Position numbers and translations under genes: made by a program
Part shown: positions 24,765-39,397 of the stretch, piece by piece
How positions within the stretch are numbered: the stretch's first letter is position 1
How the letters are laid out: the number at the start of each line of letters is the position of its first letter
Notes under the pieces: model-generated
What the model saw: the letters and a program-made list of their open reading frames with translations, nothing else
Told to the model about the DNA's origin: nothing
Database searches by the model: none
Assembly: GCA_964016885.1 (NCBI GenBank)
Contig: OZ024747.1
Span: 57,350,001-57,414,000 of the forward strand
DNA from: Eledone cirrhosa
Lineage: Eukaryota
Direction: 5' to 3'
Length of the DNA: 64,000 nt

Positions 24765-26990
24765 ATCACCACCATCATCATCATCATCCCCATTTCCACT
24801 ATTACCACCACGACCACCACCATCATCTACATTATCACCCCCCCCCCCCCATCACCACCATCATCATCATCATTTCTACCATTACCACCACGACCACCAT
24901 CATCATCTTCATTATCACCACATCTCCATCACCACCATTACTCCCATCACCACCACCACCATCATTATCATCACCATTTCCACCATTACCACCACCACCA
25001 CCATCAATTTAATTATCACCTCCACCACCACCACCATTACCCCCACCACCACCATTATCCCCATCACCACCATCATCATCATCACCATTTTCACCACCAC
25101 CACCACCATCAATTTAATTATCACGTCCACCACCACCATCACCACCAACATCACCACCACCACCGTCACTATCATCCTCATCACCAACACCAGCGCCATC
25201 ATCATTGCTACAACCACCACCACCATGACCATCAGCATCACCACTACCACCATCACAGCCAACATCAGCACCATCATCATCATCATCACCCTTGTAGTCA
25301 CCACTGCATGTCACCTGCCAATAATGTTGTCACGGTAACAGAACCAATCAAATAAAAAAAATTGAAAAAACTGTATTGATGTGGTAACTTGTGTGAAATT
25401 TTTTTGCATCAACACAAGGTGTGTTTAAAGACATATTGTAGTGGTTGATGGTGGTGATGGTGGTGATGGTGGTGGTAGTGATGGTGGTGGTGGTGATGGT
25501 GGTAGTGATGGTGGTGGTGGTGGTGGGGGCAGTGATGGTGGTGGTGGGGGCAGTGATGGTGGTGATGGTGTGATGGTGGTGGTGGTGGCAGTGATGGTGG
25601 TGATGGTGGTGATGGTGGTAGTGATGATGGTGGTGGTGGTGGTGGTGATGGTGTGATGGTGGTGGTGATGGTGGTAGTGATGGTGGTGATGATGGCGGTG
25701 ATGGTGGCAGTGATGGTGGTGATGGTGGCAGTGGTGATGGTGGCAGTGATGATGGTGGTGATGGTGGCAGTGATGGTGGTGGTGGTGGTGGTGGTGATGG
25801 TGTGATGGTGGTGGTGATGGGGGCAGTGATGGTGGTGGTGATGGTGGTGATGGTGGTGGTAGGGGCAGTGATGGTGGTGATGGTGGCAGTGATGGTGGTG
25901 GTGGTGGTGATGGTGGTGATGGTGGCAGTGATGGTGGTGATGGTGGCAGTGATGGTGGTGATGGTGGCAGTGATGGTGGTGATGGTGGCAGTGCTGCTTG
26001 TGGGTGTGGTGTTGATGGTTGTGAGTGCAAGTAGTAATGATGATGATGATGATGGTGGGAATGTTGGTAGTGGAGGTGTCAGTGGTGTTGATGGTGCTGC
26101 TGCTGCTGCTGGCAGTGTTGGTAGTGGAGGTGGCAGTGGTGGTGGTGGTAGTGGCAGTAGCGATGGTGGTGGTAGTAGTGTTGGTAGTGGAGGTGGCAGT
26201 GGTGGTGGTGGTGGTAGTAGTGTTGGTAGTGGAGGTGGCAGTGGGGGTGGTAGTAGTGTTGGTAGTGGAGGTGGCAGTGGCAGTAGTGATGGTGGTGGTA
26301 GTGGAGGTGGCAGTGGTGGGGGTGGTGGTAGTGGCAGTAGTGATGGTGGTGGTAGTAGTGTTGGTAGTGGAGGTGGATGTGGTGGTGGTGGTGGTAGTGG
26401 CAGTAGTGATGGTGGTGGTAGCAGTGTTGGTAGTGGAGGTGGTGATGGTGGTGGAAGCAGTGTTGGTAGTGGAGGTGGTGGTAGTGGCAGTAGTGATGGT
26501 GGTGGTAGCAGTGTTGGTAGTGGAGGTGGCAGTGGTGGGGGTGGTGGTAGTGGCAGTAGTGATGGTGGTGGTAGTAGTGTTGGTAGTGGAGGTGGATGTG
26601 GTGGTGGTGGTGGTAGTGGCAGTAGTGATGGTGGTGGTAGCAGTGTTGGTAGTGGAGGTGGTGATGGTGGTGGAAGCAGTGTTGGTAGTGGAGGTGGTGA
26701 TAGTGGCAGTAGTGATGGTGGTGGTAGCAGTGTTGGTAGTGGAGGTGGCAGTGGTGGGGGTGGTGGTAGTGGCAGTAGTGATGGTGGTGGTAGCAGTGTT
26801 GGTAGTGGAGGTGGCAGTGGTGGGGGTGGTAGTGGCAGTAGTGATGGTGGTGGTAGTAGTGTTGATAGTGGAGGTGGCAGTGGTGGTGGTGGTGGTAGTG
26901 GTGGCAGCACTAGTGGTCGTGATTTTGGTTGTGGTGGTGGTGGCAGTGTTGGTAGTGGAGGTGGTAGCAATAGTAGTGGTAGCCGTGATG
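24765..26990. repeat. (CAC/CAT)n and (GGT/GAT/GGC)n low-complexity tracts with higher-order repeats
   Basis: Trinucleotide-derived blocks. AGTGTTGGTAGTGGAGGTGG units recur at 26050-26970, including a ~219-bp duplication. Confidence 0.9.
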
Positions 26991-28277
26991 GTGAATGGGC
27001 TACCCTTGGGAGATGTGCTGAAATCATCATCATCGTCGTTTTAATGTCTGCTTTCCCTGCAAGGGTTGGACTAATGCCTAATAAATAATGATTAATGTTT
27101 AATGACTAATAACTTATGATTAATGACTGATGATTAATGGCAATCAAATTTGTGACCTAGGAAGAAAAAAATGACAACCAGTAACAATAACAATAGCATG
27201 AACTCTGACCCTGTTTTATTTTTATCATAGTCTTCTGATGAAGGGTTTTTAGACCCAAAATATTGGGACAGGTAAATGAAATGACAGGTGGCACACCAAC
27301 ATCTTTGTTACCTTCAATTTATTCTGAAATCTACCATCTATTTTGTATTGTTGTAGACTTCAAATAACATACTGCTGTATACACAATGCTCTAAGCAGAC
27401 TACAACATACTCTCATATATATATGTATATATATATACATATATATCATCATTTAACGTCCAATTTCCATGCTAGCATGGGTTAGGCAAGTTGCCCTGTT
27501 GTGAGACAAACTAGGTCATGATTTGCTCATACAGAACTGGTTTTGGTTTGGTTTCTATGGCTGGATGCCCTTCCTAACACCAACCACATTTAAAGTGTGG
27601 GCTGGGTGCTTTTTATCATGTCACCTACACGACCACTTTACAGTGTGTGCTGGATGCTTTTTGTCATGTCACCTACATGACACATTTATAGTGTCGGCTG
27701 GGTGCTTTTTGTTGTGGCATCTACACGACCACTTTACTGTATGGCCTGGGTGCTTTTTGTCGGGACACCTACACGACCACTTATGTATATATATATATGT
27801 ATAAAATTAGTTTTAAAAAAGTAGGCAAAGATAATGGAAAAAGGGAAAATACACAGTACAGTCCCTTTTCAACAGTTGACCTCTGAAGGACCTTGTGATT
27901 TCAGTGCATTAAGGTAAACACCACTAACTCCAGTGCACATAAAACAGTAACTAATGGACACAAGACAAGACAATTGGTCTTCCAACTATTTACAAATAAA
28001 ACTAATGTGCTACAACTGAAAAGAAGAGATGGAAGCAAGACTCAACATATTTGCTGAGTAGAGAAAGTATACACAATATGAAGTGGAGGAGATAGTTTAG
28101 ATGTTGGTCATAAATAAACTGACACAATGAACAGAGAGAAAGAAAGAAAGTGAAGGAAAGAATAGAGAATGCAGGAGGTGTAATGTTTCAAACAAATCAA
28201 TTTGAAAGAATGGTTTGTACTTAAATCAGAAACCATTATTATTTTACTGTTTTCATTATTATTATTTTTTTTAATAG

Positions 28278-28697
28278 AGGGCAGTGAATTGGCAGTATTG
28301 GTAGAGCATCGGCCACCATGCTTTGCAGCATAGAGTTATGGCCCTTTACGTTCTGAGTTCAAATTCGGCCGAGTTAAGCTTTGCCTTTCATCCTTACGGG
28401 GTCGATAAAATAAAGTACCAGTCACGCACCGGGGTCCATTTAATCGACTTCCCTTCCCCGAAAATTGCTGGCCTTCTGCCTATATAAGAAACCATTATTA
28501 TTTTTTTTGCGGTGGATTGGCAGTATCGGTAGAGGGTCGGACGCCATGCTTTCCAGCATAGTTACGTCCCTTTACTATCTGAGTTCAAATCCCGCTGAGG
28601 TTGACTTTGCCTTTCATCCTTACGGGGTCGATAAAATAAAGTACCAGTAATACACTGGGTAATTGCTGGCCTTGTGCCTAAAGTAGAAACAATTATT
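28278..28697 (+). mobile_element. Two head-to-tail SINE family B copies
   Basis: Each has a TGGCAGTAT(T/C)GGT A box, GAGTTCAAAT B box, Meta-like core and ATT tail. Confidence 0.85.
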
Positions 28698-29060
28698 TTT
28701 CCTATTATTAATAATACCTTCAGTATCTTTGTTTAATCATATTACTTCTAGTAATATCATTTTCCATATATGGCACCTAGAAAATATTTGGCTAGTCTAA
28801 AAAGAAAATAAGTCTCCTGATTTTTTTTCATAGCAAGAATTTGTTATTCCCACTTCACTTAATGGCATAATTCTCCTTGCATATGTTTTGACACATCTCA
28901 AGAGAACATCTTCATGCGCTACCGTTATGTCTTTCTATTTTCTAAAGGCAATATCTGGTTGTAAATTTTTTGAAATATTTACTTCTGTGTCCACAGATTG
29001 ATATTTCTCAGTTTCAGATGATCCTGCTTTAGGATGAAAGCAGAAATTGTTTTAATACAC

Positions 29061-29111
<51 letters not shown>

Positions 29112-29312
29112 CAGGATGGAATGAGTTTGAAACTGGTTAGACCATTTCTCAACAGAGTATTCGATACTTGGGGTAGTAGAGATTGGTTATATTATAAATA
29201 CTTTTTATAATATATATATATATATGTGTGTGTTTATGGGAGTGTGTGTGTATATATATATATATATTAAAATATAAGTATTAATAAAATAGATGTTCTT
29301 TTGATCAATTAC

Positions 29313-29356
29313 ATTTTATTATACATATTTCGGATGTACAACAGTACGTCCTCATC
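29313..29356 (-). mobile_element. Penelope-associated terminal-repeat fragment with broken hammerhead
   Basis: Homologous to 31442-31508 (GAUGA-GGACGUAC..GUACAUCC-GAAA-UAUGUA-UA), but the core 5' CU and stem I are lost. Confidence 0.55.
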
Positions 29357-29456
29357 TTAACCATTTAACATCTCAGGGTATGTCATGTATCATTATATTT
29401 TTCCAATCTACTGTAAAACTCATTCTTTGACATAATCATTGAATATTGTTTAACAA

Positions 29457-29497
<41 letters not shown>

Positions 29498-29716
29498 GTG
29501 AAATTCCATTATAACGAAATTCACGGGGTATAAAAAAAAATTTGTTGTAAGAAAAAATTCTTTAAAACAAGATCGACCTAACACATTGAGTGTGTGGCCG
29601 GGGATTGAAAGTAATTTTGTTGGACTGAAAAATTTGTTATGGCATTCATTATAATGGAATTTTACCTATATATATATACATGCATATATATATAGATATA
29701 TATATATATATGCATA

Positions 29717-29753
<37 letters not shown>

Positions 29754-29768
29754 GCATATATATATATA

Positions 29769-30095
29769 GTTATACTTGGGGAGGGTCATATTTGTGTAAT
29801 ATTGCCAGAATTAATAACAGAACACACTGTTTGGTTGGTTTTCACTTCTGTGTCTTTTATATCGGTTAATTTAATTTATTCGGTCCTCAATGTTGCCATT
29901 GACTGACCAACGGTAAAAAATACAGATACAATATAGACACAAACACATGTATATAGTCTATCAAAGTTCTTTCGTTGCACATCTGCAACATCGTCAGTGG
30001 TGCTATTGTTTCCTCCCGTTGCATTGTATGTCATCGCCATCTTTATTTAGTCTGACTTTATTTAGGAGACAAATATGACCATCCCCAAGTATAAC
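29769..30095. mobile_element. 327-bp element with 27-bp inverted termini and an internal hammerhead core
   Basis: GTTATACTTGGGGAGGGTCATATTTGT (29769-29795) vs ACAAATATGACCATCCCCAAGTATAAC (30069-30095). Minus-strand CUGACGA-U-GUUGCA(GAUG)UGCAAC-GAAA at 29970-29997. Confidence 0.65.
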
Positions 30096-30159
30096 AATAT
30101 TTGTTTCGACACACGATTTCATATTAAAAACCTCGCAAAACCATATATATATATATATA

Positions 30160-30218
<59 letters not shown>

Positions 30219-30265
30219 GCATATATATATATATATATACATGCATATATATATATATATATATA

Positions 30266-30300
<35 letters not shown>

Positions 30301-30315
30301 GCATATATATATACA

Positions 30316-30398
<83 letters not shown>

Positions 30399-31441
30399 GC
30401 ATATATATATATATATATATACATGCATATATATATATATATATATACATGCATATATATATATATATATATATACATGCATATATATATAGGTATATGT
30501 ATACCCACACACCATAACATAGCTGATTTCATTCATTACATATAATTCATAACTCAGACCCATCTACCTACTCCGCTGTACTTAGTGCATATGTACACAC
30601 ACACACACATTACACCTACCCTTCTGCACAGATTGTACACCAGCCACCTACCTAGCTTTGCTCTGTTATTCAGCATCTGTCACTTTCTTAGAACTAATGA
30701 GGTGGAGGCATTAATGAAGTGATGAGAATATGGCGGTGGGAGGTTGTGTATGCTTAGACAGAGAGGTGGTTGGCTTGGTGTGGTTGGCATGGTGTGATAG
30801 GGTGGAGCGACAAGGTGTTGGTGTAATTTAGTGCTTGTTTTTATGTGAGTACACATGTAAGTCTTTCTATAAGTGTGTGTCGGCTTGTATGTGTGTTGGG
30901 ATATATATATATATATATATACATATATTACAATAGTAGTTGTCCGCGACAATAGATAGCCTTGTGGCTACTTTCGCCCTCTGTTTCCACACAGAGAGCA
31001 CCCATTAATAAAACAATCTAGTTAATGTCATATATATACTTTGCACTGAGCAGCCACTGTGAAAAGCAAGTTGCAAATGCACTCATCTGACCAGTCTGCA
31101 TCTTGGAAACTATGGTCCAGGAAAATGTGCAACTGCACTCATTGCAAATAACTCTTGATAAACACTTTGAGTACAGATTTGCATGATTAATACACTTAAA
31201 TCTTGTCTCATTGAGTGAGTAATGAGAGCAACAGAGTAGTAGTGAATATTTTCCCCCTATTTCTCTGTATTAACTAAATGTTCTGAGCCCTTCGTTTGTA
31301 TCTTTATTTAAAAAGAAATAATGTTGCAGGTTACCCTTTAAACATTTTTTTTCTTGTTTTGCCTTGTTTTTGGTGATTTTCTTAAGTTTATATATATTAA
31401 TTCAAAATATTAACAAATATAGACATTCGTGTGATCAAGTA

Positions 31442-31508
31442 TATTTTATTATACATATTTCAGAGGTACTGAGCTATCTTTAACAGTACGTCCTCATCAG
31501 ATAAAATA
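31442..31508 (-). ncRNA. Type-I hammerhead ribozyme downstream of a Penelope remnant
   Basis: UAUUUUAU-CUGAUGA-GGACGUACUG(12 nt)CAGUACCUCU-GAAA-UAUGUA-UA^-AUAAAAUA, with 8-bp stem I. Confidence 0.75.
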
Positions 31509-32240
31509 AGATGATGCTTGACATACCTTGACTATGTTGATGGTTAAAATTCAGTCATGGCAGTGAATAAGTTAGGACAAAACTCAATGTTTATATACCT
31601 TAAGATTGAGACATGAAAAAATTACATACAATACAGAGGGTGCGTGTGAGAAAGCTTATAAAGATACATAATAATAAATAACTATTAATATAATATAAAC
31701 CTACATAACTGTTAGAAATTTAAATAATTCAAATAAAGTAATATATGGATAACACATTATTGTAGAAAGAGGAAGTGAAAGACAGATGAGGAAAGAGAGA
31801 ATGACTAGATATATAGAATTATCTTATGCACGAAAGCAAAAGAAAATTGATTAAGGATAGAGAGAAGAGGAGAAAAAAAAAAGTTTTATAGTATAAAACA
31901 TAGGGCGGAAGACTTGTATTGTCATGGATCAACAGCGTATAATTAGATGATGTAAATATATATATATAAATATATATTTGGGCATAGCTTGGGGAATGAT
32001 TAATTTCGAATCGTTAAATTATTTAGAAATAATCAATCAATCAAAATATCAAATATATATCTGGGTGTAGTTATATGACGGCTTATTTTCGAATCCTTAA
32101 GTTAATTAGAAATAGTCAATTAATCAAATATATATATCCCAGCGCATCCGGATGACCGTTAAATTTCGAATCTTTATGTTAGTTAGAAATAGTGAATTAA
32201 TCTAATGGCATAAGATTTCTGACTATACAATTTATAAGTT

Positions 32241-33309
32241 TTTATATTATAGTATAATATCATATTTAAAGTATTTGCAAACATGAGAAAGAAAAGACTT
32301 AAGATTTTCTTCATCCCGAAGGTAATCCGAATTAAATTATATTTTAAAAATTTATATTAAAAAAATTTTATATTAAAAAATAATCATTATATAATTTAGA
32401 AAATAATTACAATTATAAAGTTAAAATTAGAATGCCCTTAAGTATCCAAAGGCCATATAATTGTACTTAAAAAGGATATTATTAAACTAGATATACGCAT
32501 TTGTCTAAATTTATACAAAGAGTACATTGTTTAAAGTTTAAGACGATATTAGTCAGTTATATATAATATAATAAATATAATTACTGTTAATAGTGTTATA
32601 AATAAAGTTTTATGTCAAGTATTATATTAAAAAATTATTCAACTAGGATCATGTAATACATATATACTATAAATATACAAATCAAACTTGAATCATAAAA
32701 CACAGATTTAAAATAAATAAATGAATGGTTTACAAGACCATATAAGTGTCAAATATATAAGCTATATGATTTAAAAATACAAAAAAATGTTTTAAGGATT
32801 TATATTATAGTGTAATATCATATTTAAAGTGTTTGCAAACATGAGAAGGAAAAGACTTAAGATTTTCATCAACTCGAAGGTAATCCAAATTTAATTATAG
32901 TAAAATAATAATTATATAATTTAGAAAATAATTAACAATTATAAAGTTAAAATTAGAATGCCCTTAAGTATCCAAAAGCCATATAAATGTACTTAAAAAG
33001 GATATTATTAAACTAGATATACGCATTTGTCTAAATTTATACAGAGGATACTGTTTAAAGTTTAAGACGATATTAGTCAATTATATAAATATAATAAATA
33101 TAATTACTGTTAATAGTGTTATAAATAAAGTTTTACATCAAGTTAAGTGGAAAAAGTTAGTCAACTAGGATCGTGTAAGACACATATACTATAAATATAC
33201 AAATCAAACTTCTTGAATCTTAAAACACAGATTCAAAATAAATAAATGAATGGTTTACGATTCAACATAAGTGTCAAACATAAGCTATATAATTTAAAAA
33301 TACAAAAAA
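32241..33309. repeat. ~558-bp AT-rich tandem duplication
   Basis: TTTATATTATAGT(A/G)TAATATCATATTTAAAGT(A/G)TTTGCAAACATGAGAA begins at both 32241 and 32799, and the copies align throughout. Confidence 0.9.
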
Positions 33310-33528
33310 CTCTGAAAAATTAAATGTATTTAAACAATCAAATGATATGCATATTCATCAAAAGATGATTTTAACAAGTTATATGTTTATGTAGAACCCT
33401 CAATCAAACATTAATCATATCGTAAATAATAAAAATTATTAGAAGGTTTTATAATCTGTTATAGTATCGTTTTACGCACTTTGTTGATAATAAACATCAA
33501 AATCAAAACTTATTTATTCAATGCTTTT

Positions 33529-34560
33529 TCAATGTTTTTTCCTGACTTTTTGTGAGGCTTGGAATGTAGAAGAAGCTTTATGTAAGCAATTTGAGAATAA
33601 TTCACTTTTGTTGTTAATTAAATTATCATAATTAGTAATTATTAATAGGGTCTCCATAGTACAAAGATTGCAGTTAGGTGATATTGAAGAATTCAAGTAG
33701 ACTTGACCATATATCAATTTAAGGCTGTATACAGCTATGGTGCGACCACACTTAGAATTTGCATCACCAGTCTGGAACCCCTATCTTGCTCAGGACATTG
33801 ACCGCCTGGAAACTGTTCAGAGACGTGCAACCAAGCGAATACCCTCCATCAGGCATCTACCATACTCTGAGCGCCTTGCTTCCCTGGGCATGGATTCATT
33901 GAAGCTCCGACGCCTGGCAACTGACTTGGTAAACACCCACAAAATTGTTAACCATGTTGCCAACAACAACCCTGAGTGCCTTTTCGATTTCCATGTGTCT
34001 AACACACGTGGACATGCCCACAAAATAAGAAAACAGCACAGTTCCCATGACTTTCGGAAACATTTTTTCACGCTCAGAGTTGCTGAAGCATGGAACAAAC
34101 TACCTGCATCAGTTGTTAGCTGTCGAGACACTGCATCCTTTAAGGCCTCCATGCTTCCCGAGATCCGCCAACACTACAGCTAACACATACAAACATGTAC
34201 TTCCCTGGCATTTGTGTATTATTCTATGTACTATATTGACGAGTTGTAGTGCACCTGAGCACTTTACACAATAATTTCATTATTATTATTATTACACAGC
34301 TTGGACCAAGAAATCGAGTATTTTAAATTTTTGTCTTTTAATGACCATATAAGTTGTGATAAAGAGGTAGAAAGTTTCCTAAAAGGATTCGAGAATGAAT
34401 ATTTTTGATTCGAAAATCTTAATTTAAATGTTGATGAAGTTGCACCAATATAGTTGTGTGTGATGTTATTTGCTTTTACAGTGCATTTATACACCAGATT
34501 GCTATCCAGACAATGAGAGTGCTTCTAATCTATTGTAAAACTTTATTCATTGATTTATTC
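33529..34560 (-). mobile_element. Penelope-like element GIY-YIG endonuclease remnant, split by a CR1 insertion
   Basis: HCLDSNLVYKCTVKANNITHNYIGATSSTFKLRFSNQKYSF...STSLSQLIWSLK (34294-34520) continues as ...CNLCTMETLLII...NLINNKSELFSNCLHK (33529-33717), the typical PLE endonuclease C-terminus. Confidence 0.85.
33719..34293 (+). mobile_element. CR1/L2-group LINE 3' fragment
   Basis: Uninterrupted LYTAMVRPHLEFASPVWNPYLAQDIDRLETVQRRATK...TRGHAHK...RKHFFTLRVAEAWNKLP, short 3' UTR and (ATT)n tail. Confidence 0.9.
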
Positions 34561-34580
34561 ATTGAACCTTGTTTAACCTT

Positions 34581-34624
<44 letters not shown>

Positions 34625-34671
34625 TGTGTGTATGTAAAACTAAGGCGAAGTTTAATGCTTAATCAGTTAAT

Positions 34672-34803
34672 TGTTTCACGATCATTTCAGAATAATAATG
34701 GATCATGTCAATATTGATATAGTGACTAATCAATAATAGTTACGTAACTCCAAGTTATTAGTCTTGATCATATAGATCCATCTCACCGTATTCATCAGAA
34801 ACA
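34672..34803 (-). ncRNA. Hammerhead-like motif with long stem II (probably inactive)
   Basis: UGUUU-CUGAUGA-[~103 nt with AUGGAUC/GAUCCAU and GACUAAU/AUUAGUC pairings]-GAAA-UGAUCG-UG-AAACA. G at position 17 violates the NUH rule. Confidence 0.45.
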
Positions 34804-35218
34804 TCATATATATATATATATATTTATGTATGTATTTGAAAAGATTCAGGACCCCAATAGCTGAGCTACGCCTGTTTCGACAGCTAGATCCAAACTCGTT
34901 AGTTTGGATCGAGTACTCTGGTGCGTTATGGTCCACCTGGTATCTTACCACACCCTCTTTGTTATATATATGTATATATATACTCTTTTACTCTTTTACC
35001 TGTTTCAACCATCCGGCTGAGGCCATGCTGGGGCACCGCCCTTGATGTATATGTATGTATATATATGTATATATGCAGGAAGGGCATCCAACTGTAGAAA
35101 ACCCGACAGACAGTCCTATGCGAGCAAGACAACCACTCTTGCCTCAAGTGGGAAAACTCCCGTCCAAACCCATGCAAGCGTGGAACATGGACGTTAAACG
35201 ATGATGATGATGATGATG

Positions 35219-36035
<817 letters not shown>

Positions 36036-36049
36036 TATATATATATATG

Positions 36050-36087
<38 letters not shown>

Positions 36088-36451
36088 TATAAAATGAAAT
36101 ATATGGAGAATAGAAATGGCTGTGTAGTTGCTATTTAAGGTAAATTAAAATGCAGTGGGAATACGAAGAAAGCAAGAACGGAGGGGGGGGGGGGGCAGTT
36201 TTCCTCATCAGTCGTCTACTGGGGGTCTAAGACATTTCTACACTTTAAATATATATATTTATGTATATATAAGTATGTATAGGTACATACATATATGTGT
36301 ACAGACGTACAGTAGTATGTATATATATATACATACATGCACACATATATATATGTACGTATGGGTTTACCGAACATTTATTATAATGTTCGGTTTGTTT
36401 GTACAGTGCTCGGCAACCATCGTCGCCCTTTTGTTTAACACTGACACGGGA

Positions 36452-36494
36452 ACGATGTACTAGTTTCAAGCTTATTAGCTATCGTCAACATCGT
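36452..36494 (-). ncRNA. Minimal type-I hammerhead, C3U core variant
   Basis: ACGAUG-UUGACGA-UAGCU(AAUA)AGCUU-GAAA-CUAG-UA^-CAUCGU, with 6-bp stem I, palindromic CUAG stem III and GUA triplet. Octamer at 36569-36576. Confidence 0.7.
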
Positions 36495-36908
36495 ATACCT
36501 TTCTGTCAGATGATTGAACGTTTGAAAGTATATACTTTCCTTATGCATATTAATGGCTGAGCAGCCTAATTTGCATATCGAGTGAGTTAGTCGGCCGGGC
36601 GTACCGAAAACGATAAATGGAAAAAATGTAACAAAATTTCATTTCTCACTCTTATATATATATATATATGATTTTGTTGATGATTTAAAACTGTTGGAAC
36701 AGTTCTAGTCCTGTAGGAGTCATTTCTATATGTCTGTATGAAATAAATCATGTACTTTCTCAACTTAATGTGATGAGTACCTTGTTTAACTGCAGTCATT
36801 TTCCTTTCCTCTTTGGAAAACTATTCTTTATATATTTGAGTGTGTGTGTGTTTTGTGTGTTGTGTGTACTGTGTGCGTGCTTTTATTGTATGCACCAGAA
36901 CTTTGTGT

Positions 36909-36988
<80 letters not shown>

Positions 36989-37394
36989 GTATATGTATAC
37001 ATGCTCATAATACATAAATACACACACACACACACATACATACATGTGTGTGTGTGAGTATGTGCATTTCTATGTGTAGTATGTGTGAGTTGGTATTTAA
37101 TTGACTAAAGTGTGTTTGGGTTGATTGCAGTGTGCAGGATAAGTGCACCTTACATGCTTGGGTTGATTGTAGTGCACCTTATGCACCCTGCTAACTGCAT
37201 CTGCTGCCAATTACTTTTATATGCATGCAAAAATGCCTCTCCCCACTGTTCTTCTTACATTAACTACCCTTATATCATTCTTCTGTCATCTCACCCTCCT
37301 GCCACACTGTTCTGCACCACGACACCGCTTCAATGGTTTGGGGAGAGGCTTATCTTTTATTTCACTATCTGCAGATTTTAAACAGAAACTCACA

Positions 37395-38420
37395 ACTGTT
37401 ATTGTGCTGATTGTTGTGATGGTGCTGTTGTTAGTGTGTTGTTATTGTTGTAAGATTGTTATTGTGATGCTGTTGTTAGTGTGTTGTTATTGGGATGTTT
37501 GTTGTGATGTTGCTGTTGTTAGTGTGTTGTTATTGTTGTTGTAAGATTGTTATTGTGATGCTGTTGTTAGTGTGTTGTTATTGGGATGTTTGTTGTGATG
37601 TTGCTGTTGTTAGTGTGTTGTTATTGTTGTTGTAAGATTGTTATTGTGATGCTGTTGTTAGTGTGTTGTTATTGTTGTAACATTGTTATTGTGGTGGTGT
37701 TGTTGTGATGTTGCTGTTGTTAGTGTGTTGTTATTGTTGTTGCAATATTGTTATTGTGGTGGTGTTGTAAGATTGTTATTGTGGTGGTGGTGTTGTGATG
37801 TTGCTGTTGTTACCTTGTTGTTGTTAGTGTTATTGTGAAGTTGTTAGTGTGTTGTTATTGTTGTGATGTTGTGATGGTGTTGTTATGATGTTCTTATTGT
37901 TACCTTGTTGTTGTTAGTGTTATTGTGAAGTTGTAAGTGTGTTGTTATTGTTGTTCTAACATTGTTGTGATGTTGTGATGGTGTTGTTATGATGTTCTTA
38001 TTGTGAAGTTGTTAGTGTGTTGTTATTGTTGTTCTAGCATTGTTGTGATGTTGTGATGGTGTTGTTATGATGTTCTTATTGTTACCTTGTTGTTGTTAGT
38101 GTGTTGTTATTGTTGTTCTAGCATTGTTGTGATGTTGTGATGGTGTTGTTATGATGTTCTTATTGTTACCTTGTTGTTGTTAGTGTTATTGTGAAGTTGT
38201 TGTTTTGTTGATGGTTACTGTGGTGTTGTGACATCACCACCACAACCACCACCACTACCATCACTACCACCAGAGTTAGAGCCACCACTGCCGGCATTGC
38301 CAACTCTACCACCACCACCACCACTGCCACCGCAAGCACCACCACCACTGCCACCGCAAACACCACCACCACTGCCACCGCAAACACCACCAGTACCACA
38401 GCACCGCCACCACCATCATC
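37395..38420. repeat. (GTT)n/(CAC)n-derived minisatellites
   Basis: Repeated GTTGTTAGTGTGTTGTTATTG blocks followed by CCACCACCACTGCCACCGCAA units. Confidence 0.85.
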
Positions 38421-39397
38421 ACAAAAATATGTTGTGTAATAAAGAGGCATAAAATACACTCCATTGCACATATATCTATATTAGTGTGTCTGTATATGAG
38501 TATATATGTGTGCATATGTGTGGATATGTGTGTATGCATATAGGTGCACGGTGCATATGCACCTGTGTAATTAGTGCATTTATTCTGATTCAGGTTTGTA
38601 AACATGTTTTCATGTGGCATTCAAGGCTTAACTATTATTATTATTATTATTAATATTATTATTGTCATTATTATTGGTTGGGGATTGGCAGAATAATTTA
38701 ATTGTAGGATGAAATACTTTGTTTTGTTTGTCCCAGCTTTTTACATTCTGCCACTGTAATGTGAAATGTTGTCTTTATTCATTTTGGGATGAGCAAAATA
38801 ATATGCTCTCCCACTCCCAACATCACCTTTTAACACCTGTTTTACATGCTAGCATTTGTTGGGTGAGTCAACACAGACTAAGTTAGTTCTTTATTGGAGC
38901 TACTGTCCTCAAAGATGGGCTAGCAGGCGGGGCAGGGTGAAGAGTGTGAGTGCTGTATTTTACTTAATTCCATTCCTGAACAAGGCATTTTATTATGATG
39001 CCAGCACTAAGGAGGTTGTTGTGCCCTTAACTCAATGGAAGAGTCTTCACAGCCCATTGTTTTGCACTATCCCTAACACTAACTAATTTACAGAGTGTAC
39101 TGAGTGTGTTTTGTCATATCACCAGCACTAGGGAGGTTGTCATACTCTTGACTCATATACAAATATATGTAGGGCTTTGGCACAGTTTCCCACCACTAAA
39201 TTACCCAAAAACCATTGGTCAGCCGAAAGCTCTGGTAGAAAAAACTTGGCCAAGATGACAAAGAGTGGGATCAAACCTTGAGCCACTTGTGAAGTGATCT
39301 CTTTAGCCACATTGGTTTGCTTGCACCTACACAGAGAGAGATGTATATGTCAACATCATTATTATCTTACACACATACAGATGTATATGTATATACA

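Noticed and set aside
25348-27088. 561-aa Pro-rich and 428-aa Gly/Ser-rich ORFs (extensin- or shell-protein-like)
   Set aside because: Derived from GGT/CAC triplet repeats that lack stops in several frames. Similar tracts recur throughout the window.
27226-27272. Hammerhead-like CUGAUGA-AGGGU..ACCC-AAAA
   Set aside because: Catalytic G12 is missing and stem III/NUH is unclear. At most a dead relic.
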